Assembly (NCBI GenBank): GCA_029288805.1
Contig: JARIGO010000017.1
Location: 2,884 to 66,883, forward strand
DNA from: Candidatus Nomurabacteria bacterium
GTDB lineage: Bacteria; Patescibacteriota; Minisyncoccia; Phycocordibacterales; UBA9973
Direction: 5' to 3'
Length of the DNA stretch: 64,000 nt
Below are positions 62,073 through 64,000 of the stretch, piece after piece. Each line of letters starts with the position of its first letter. Positions within the stretch are counted from its first letter, which is position 1. Under the pieces are notes generated by a model. It was given only the letters and a program-made list of their open reading frames with translations. It searched no databases and had not been told where the DNA came from. Position numbers and translations under genes: made by a program.

Positions 62073-63311
62073 TTATGCGTTACTCCCCGCTATAAACCCT
62101 GTTGTCCAGCACAGCTGCAGTGAAAAGCCGCCGGAAGGACGAGTGATATGCAAAAGGTCGCCGGTGATGAAGAGGTTTGAAATGAATTTTGAGCGCATGG
62201 TTTTCATGTCCATTTCTGTCAGAGGAATACCGCCGTCCGCAACGACTGCACGGTCAAAGCCCATCAGACCGGTAATGGTCATTGGCAAGGCTTTCAAAAG
62301 GTTTACCAATTCCTTGCGCTGCTCTTTGGTCACGCTATGCACTTTTATTTCCTTGTCGAGATGTGGCAGCAATGAAAATACTGCGTCGATCATGCCATGC
62401 GGCACGATGTCATCAAAAATATTTTTTAGCAGTTTGTTTTTATTTGCATCAAATACTGCCATGATCTTATCGTCCAGTGCTCCATGGTCAGTATCAGGAT
62501 ATGCGTCGATAGTGGCAGTAACCTTTCCTGCCTGCAGCAAGTCAGACACTTCTCCTGCACTGTTCAAAATCAACGGACCAGAAAGTCCGAAGTGCGTGAA
62601 GAGCAACTTTCCTGTCTTGGAAAACTTTCTTTTCCCGTCTAGGTAAAAAGAAATTTTCATAAATGAAAGCGATACACCGGAAAGATTCTTGACCCATGAC
62701 TCTCGTACTGCCAATGGCACAATAGTCGGCGTCGGATTTTTGATGGTGTGGCCCAAATCTTTCAGCCATTTGAATCCGTCACCTGTCGACCCTGTTTCGG
62801 GATGAGATAAGCCACCAGTCGCTAAAATATAGGTCTTTGCTGCATAGGTCTTGCCTCCGGCTACAATGCTTGTTATAAGACCTGGCTCTTTAGACTCGAT
62901 ACGTGTTACCTCAGTACCAGTCATTATTGTTACATTTCCTGCCTTCATATATCGCTCTAATGCCTTGAACACATCAATGGATTTTTGCGTATATGGAAAT
63001 GCACGCTTGCGAGCCTCCACCACTAATGGCAAGCCCAGTCCTTCAAAAAAAGTAAACGTGTCTTTATTGCTGAATTGCGCAAATGCAGAATACAAAAACT
63101 GTTCAGCTGATTTGTAGTGTTTCAAAAATGTACGAGTGTCCTCTTCGGCGTTCGTAATATTGCATCGTCCGCCACCACTGATGCGAATTTTCTCACCGGC
63201 ATTCAGATTTTTCTCAAGAACCAATACTCGTTTTCCTAATGCTCCTGCTCGTCCTGCCGCCATCAAGCCAGATGCCCCGCCGCCTATTACAATGACGTCA
63301 TACTTGTCCAT
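62073..63311 (-). CDS. HI0933-like NAD(P)/FAD-dependent oxidoreductase (BaiN/aminoacetone oxidase family flavoprotein)
   Basis: The FAD dinucleotide-binding motif is DVIVIGGGASGLMAAGRAG ... LEKN. RISGGGRCNITN and the C-terminal GG..TG.D segment are diagnostic of the TIGR00275/HI0933 family. Confidence 0.85.
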   Translation of the reverse strand: MDKYDVIVIGGGASGLMAAGRAGALGKRVLVLEKNLNAGEKIRISGGGRCNITNAEEDTRTFLKHYKSAEQFLYSAFAQFSNKDTFTFFEGLGLPLVVEARKRAFPYTQKSIDVFKALERYMKAGNVTIMTGTEVTRIESKEPGLITSIVAGGKTYAAKTYILATGGLSHPETGSTGDGFKWLKDLGHTIKNPTPTIVPLAVRESWVKNLSGVSLSFMKISFYLDGKRKFSKTGKLLFTHFGLSGPLILNSAGEVSDLLQAGKVTATIDAYPDTDHGALDDKIMAVFDANKNKLLKNIFDDIVPHGMIDAVFSLLPHLDKEIKVHSVTKEQRKELVNLLKALPMTITGLMGFDRAVVADGGIPLTEMDMKTMRSKFISNLFITGDLLHITRPSGGFSLQLCWTTGFIAGSNA

Positions 63312-63312
63312 A

Positions 63313-64000
63313 TTATTTATCCAAATCTAATATCTCATCAATACGAATCTGATGCACGAATTCCGGTACGTGTGACACCAATATCATGGCACCAGTATAG
63401 GCACTCAATGCCTTGGCAATGACTGGCAGGTGACGGAAGTTGATATGGTTTGTGGGCTCGTCGAGAATCAACAGCCCTGGTTCCATCAATACCAAGTTTG
63501 CAAATGCCACCATGCCCTTTTGCCCTTCAGAAAGACTGCCGATGCGAGTGTTGATAACGTCACTGGTGATGAGAAAGTTTGCCGCTACTGATCGCAAGCG
63601 CTCTTCATTGGGGCGCAAACCAGAACTAGCCATAGCCTTCTTCAAGGATTCATACACCGTGTCATTGAAGTCCAGCGTTGAAAAGTCCTGTCGATAATAT
63701 CCAACGCGAACATCCTTACTAATCTGTGAGCCTTTGGCAGTGCCAGTAGCAATGGATTCAAGCAATGTACTTTTACCAATACCATTTGGACCTTTGAGTA
63801 GAAGGTGCTGATTTTTCTTCAATGAAATAGCCGCTTTGCGTTCAACGACTTTGTGATTTTTTAAGATACTGAAAGAGGTGATGTGTATGAGCTCACCAAC
63901 AATATTCTGCTGAAACGGTATGGTAAATGGTCTGATGGTCTTGTCTTCCTTACGAACGTCAACGATATCCTCTTCAAGCTCCTCCGCTTTTTCGCGCATG
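63313..64000 (-). CDS. ABC ATPase, C-terminal ABC domain of a probable ABC-F family protein (partial; N-terminal part lies beyond the window end)
   Basis: Walker A is GPNGIGKSTLL, the signature-like motif is LSEGQKGMVAFANL, and Walker B is LLILDEPTNHIN, followed by a C-terminal H-loop. The ORF is open to position 64000. Confidence 0.7.
   Translation of the reverse strand, partial: MREKAEELEEDIVDVRKEDKTIRPFTIPFQQNIVGELIHITSFSILKNHKVVERKAAISLKKNQHLLLKGPNGIGKSTLLESIATGTAKGSQISKDVRVGYYRQDFSTLDFNDTVYESLKKAMASSGLRPNEERLRSVAANFLITSDVINTRIGSLSEGQKGMVAFANLVLMEPGLLILDEPTNHINFRHLPVIAKALSAYTGAMILVSHVPEFVHQIRIDEILDLDK

Noticed and set aside
62056-62646. 196-aa plus-strand ORF antisense to the HI0933-like flavoprotein gene
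   Set aside because: The flavoprotein frame has the FAD-binding GxGxxG and family motifs. The antisense translation is low-complexity.
1-64000. CRISPR arrays
   Set aside because: No regularly spaced direct repeats of 24-48 nt were found. The only recurring short motif (CCAGGGGAG twice in 49214-49802) lacks spacer periodicity.

Overview
This 64-kb window is a gene-dense bacterial chromosomal segment with about 90 protein genes, four tRNAs, and no rRNA or CRISPR array. The content is mostly housekeeping and suggests a reduced, probably Gram-positive-like genome. It resembles CPR/Patescibacteria in having a short dnaX, a split N/C transketolase, L31 type B and a truncated dcw cluster, but this affiliation is inference only. 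Recognised genes in order are topA (partial), dprA, serS, an FtsQ-like gene, dus, dnaX, tRNA-Gln, a 2H phosphoesterase, an ATL/MGMT-family gene and an Nramp-family transporter. These are followed by tRNA-Ala, the SIMPL-domain gene, PBP2, greA and a dcw cluster (mraZ-rsmH-ftsL-ftsI), then tRNA-Glu, rmuC, a DnaQ-like exonuclease, a YqeY-family gene, a DHH/NrnA phosphoesterase, obg, gatB and gap. Further on are a pentose-phosphate/glycolysis block (rpiB, rpe-like, tktN, tktC, a PfkB kinase, class II aldolase), a FAD-linked oxidase, a NYN-domain protein, rplY, a coiled-coil lytic-transglycosylase protein, rpmE, prfA, tRNA-Ile, rsmI, a CtpA-like S41 protease, rplI, rpmA, a CAP-domain protein and an ICMT-family methyltransferase. 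The last part holds a stress-related accessory block (VOC, AHSA1-like, YflT, SHOCT, PsiE, SDR, nitroreductase with an HxlR regulator), a MacAB/HlyD-type tripartite exporter, a HI0933-like flavoprotein and a partial ABC-F-like ATPase. The most notable accessory feature is an AT-rich three-gene cassette at 10.3-11.7 kb, wedged between tRNA-Ala, an inverted tRNA 3'-fragment and a block of long perfect palindromes. Other points of interest are an IS1595/InsA-like zinc-ribbon transposase remnant, a low-GC orphan gene after tRNA-Ile, and two nested-palindrome structured elements. There is also an unusually long (about 590 nt) ORF-free region, an Nramp homologue with NRMT-like substitutions behind a leader terminator, and a four-repeat MraZ operator. 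Several small hypothetical genes have no recognisable family. All family assignments rest on motifs read by eye and remembered family signatures; no database search was run.
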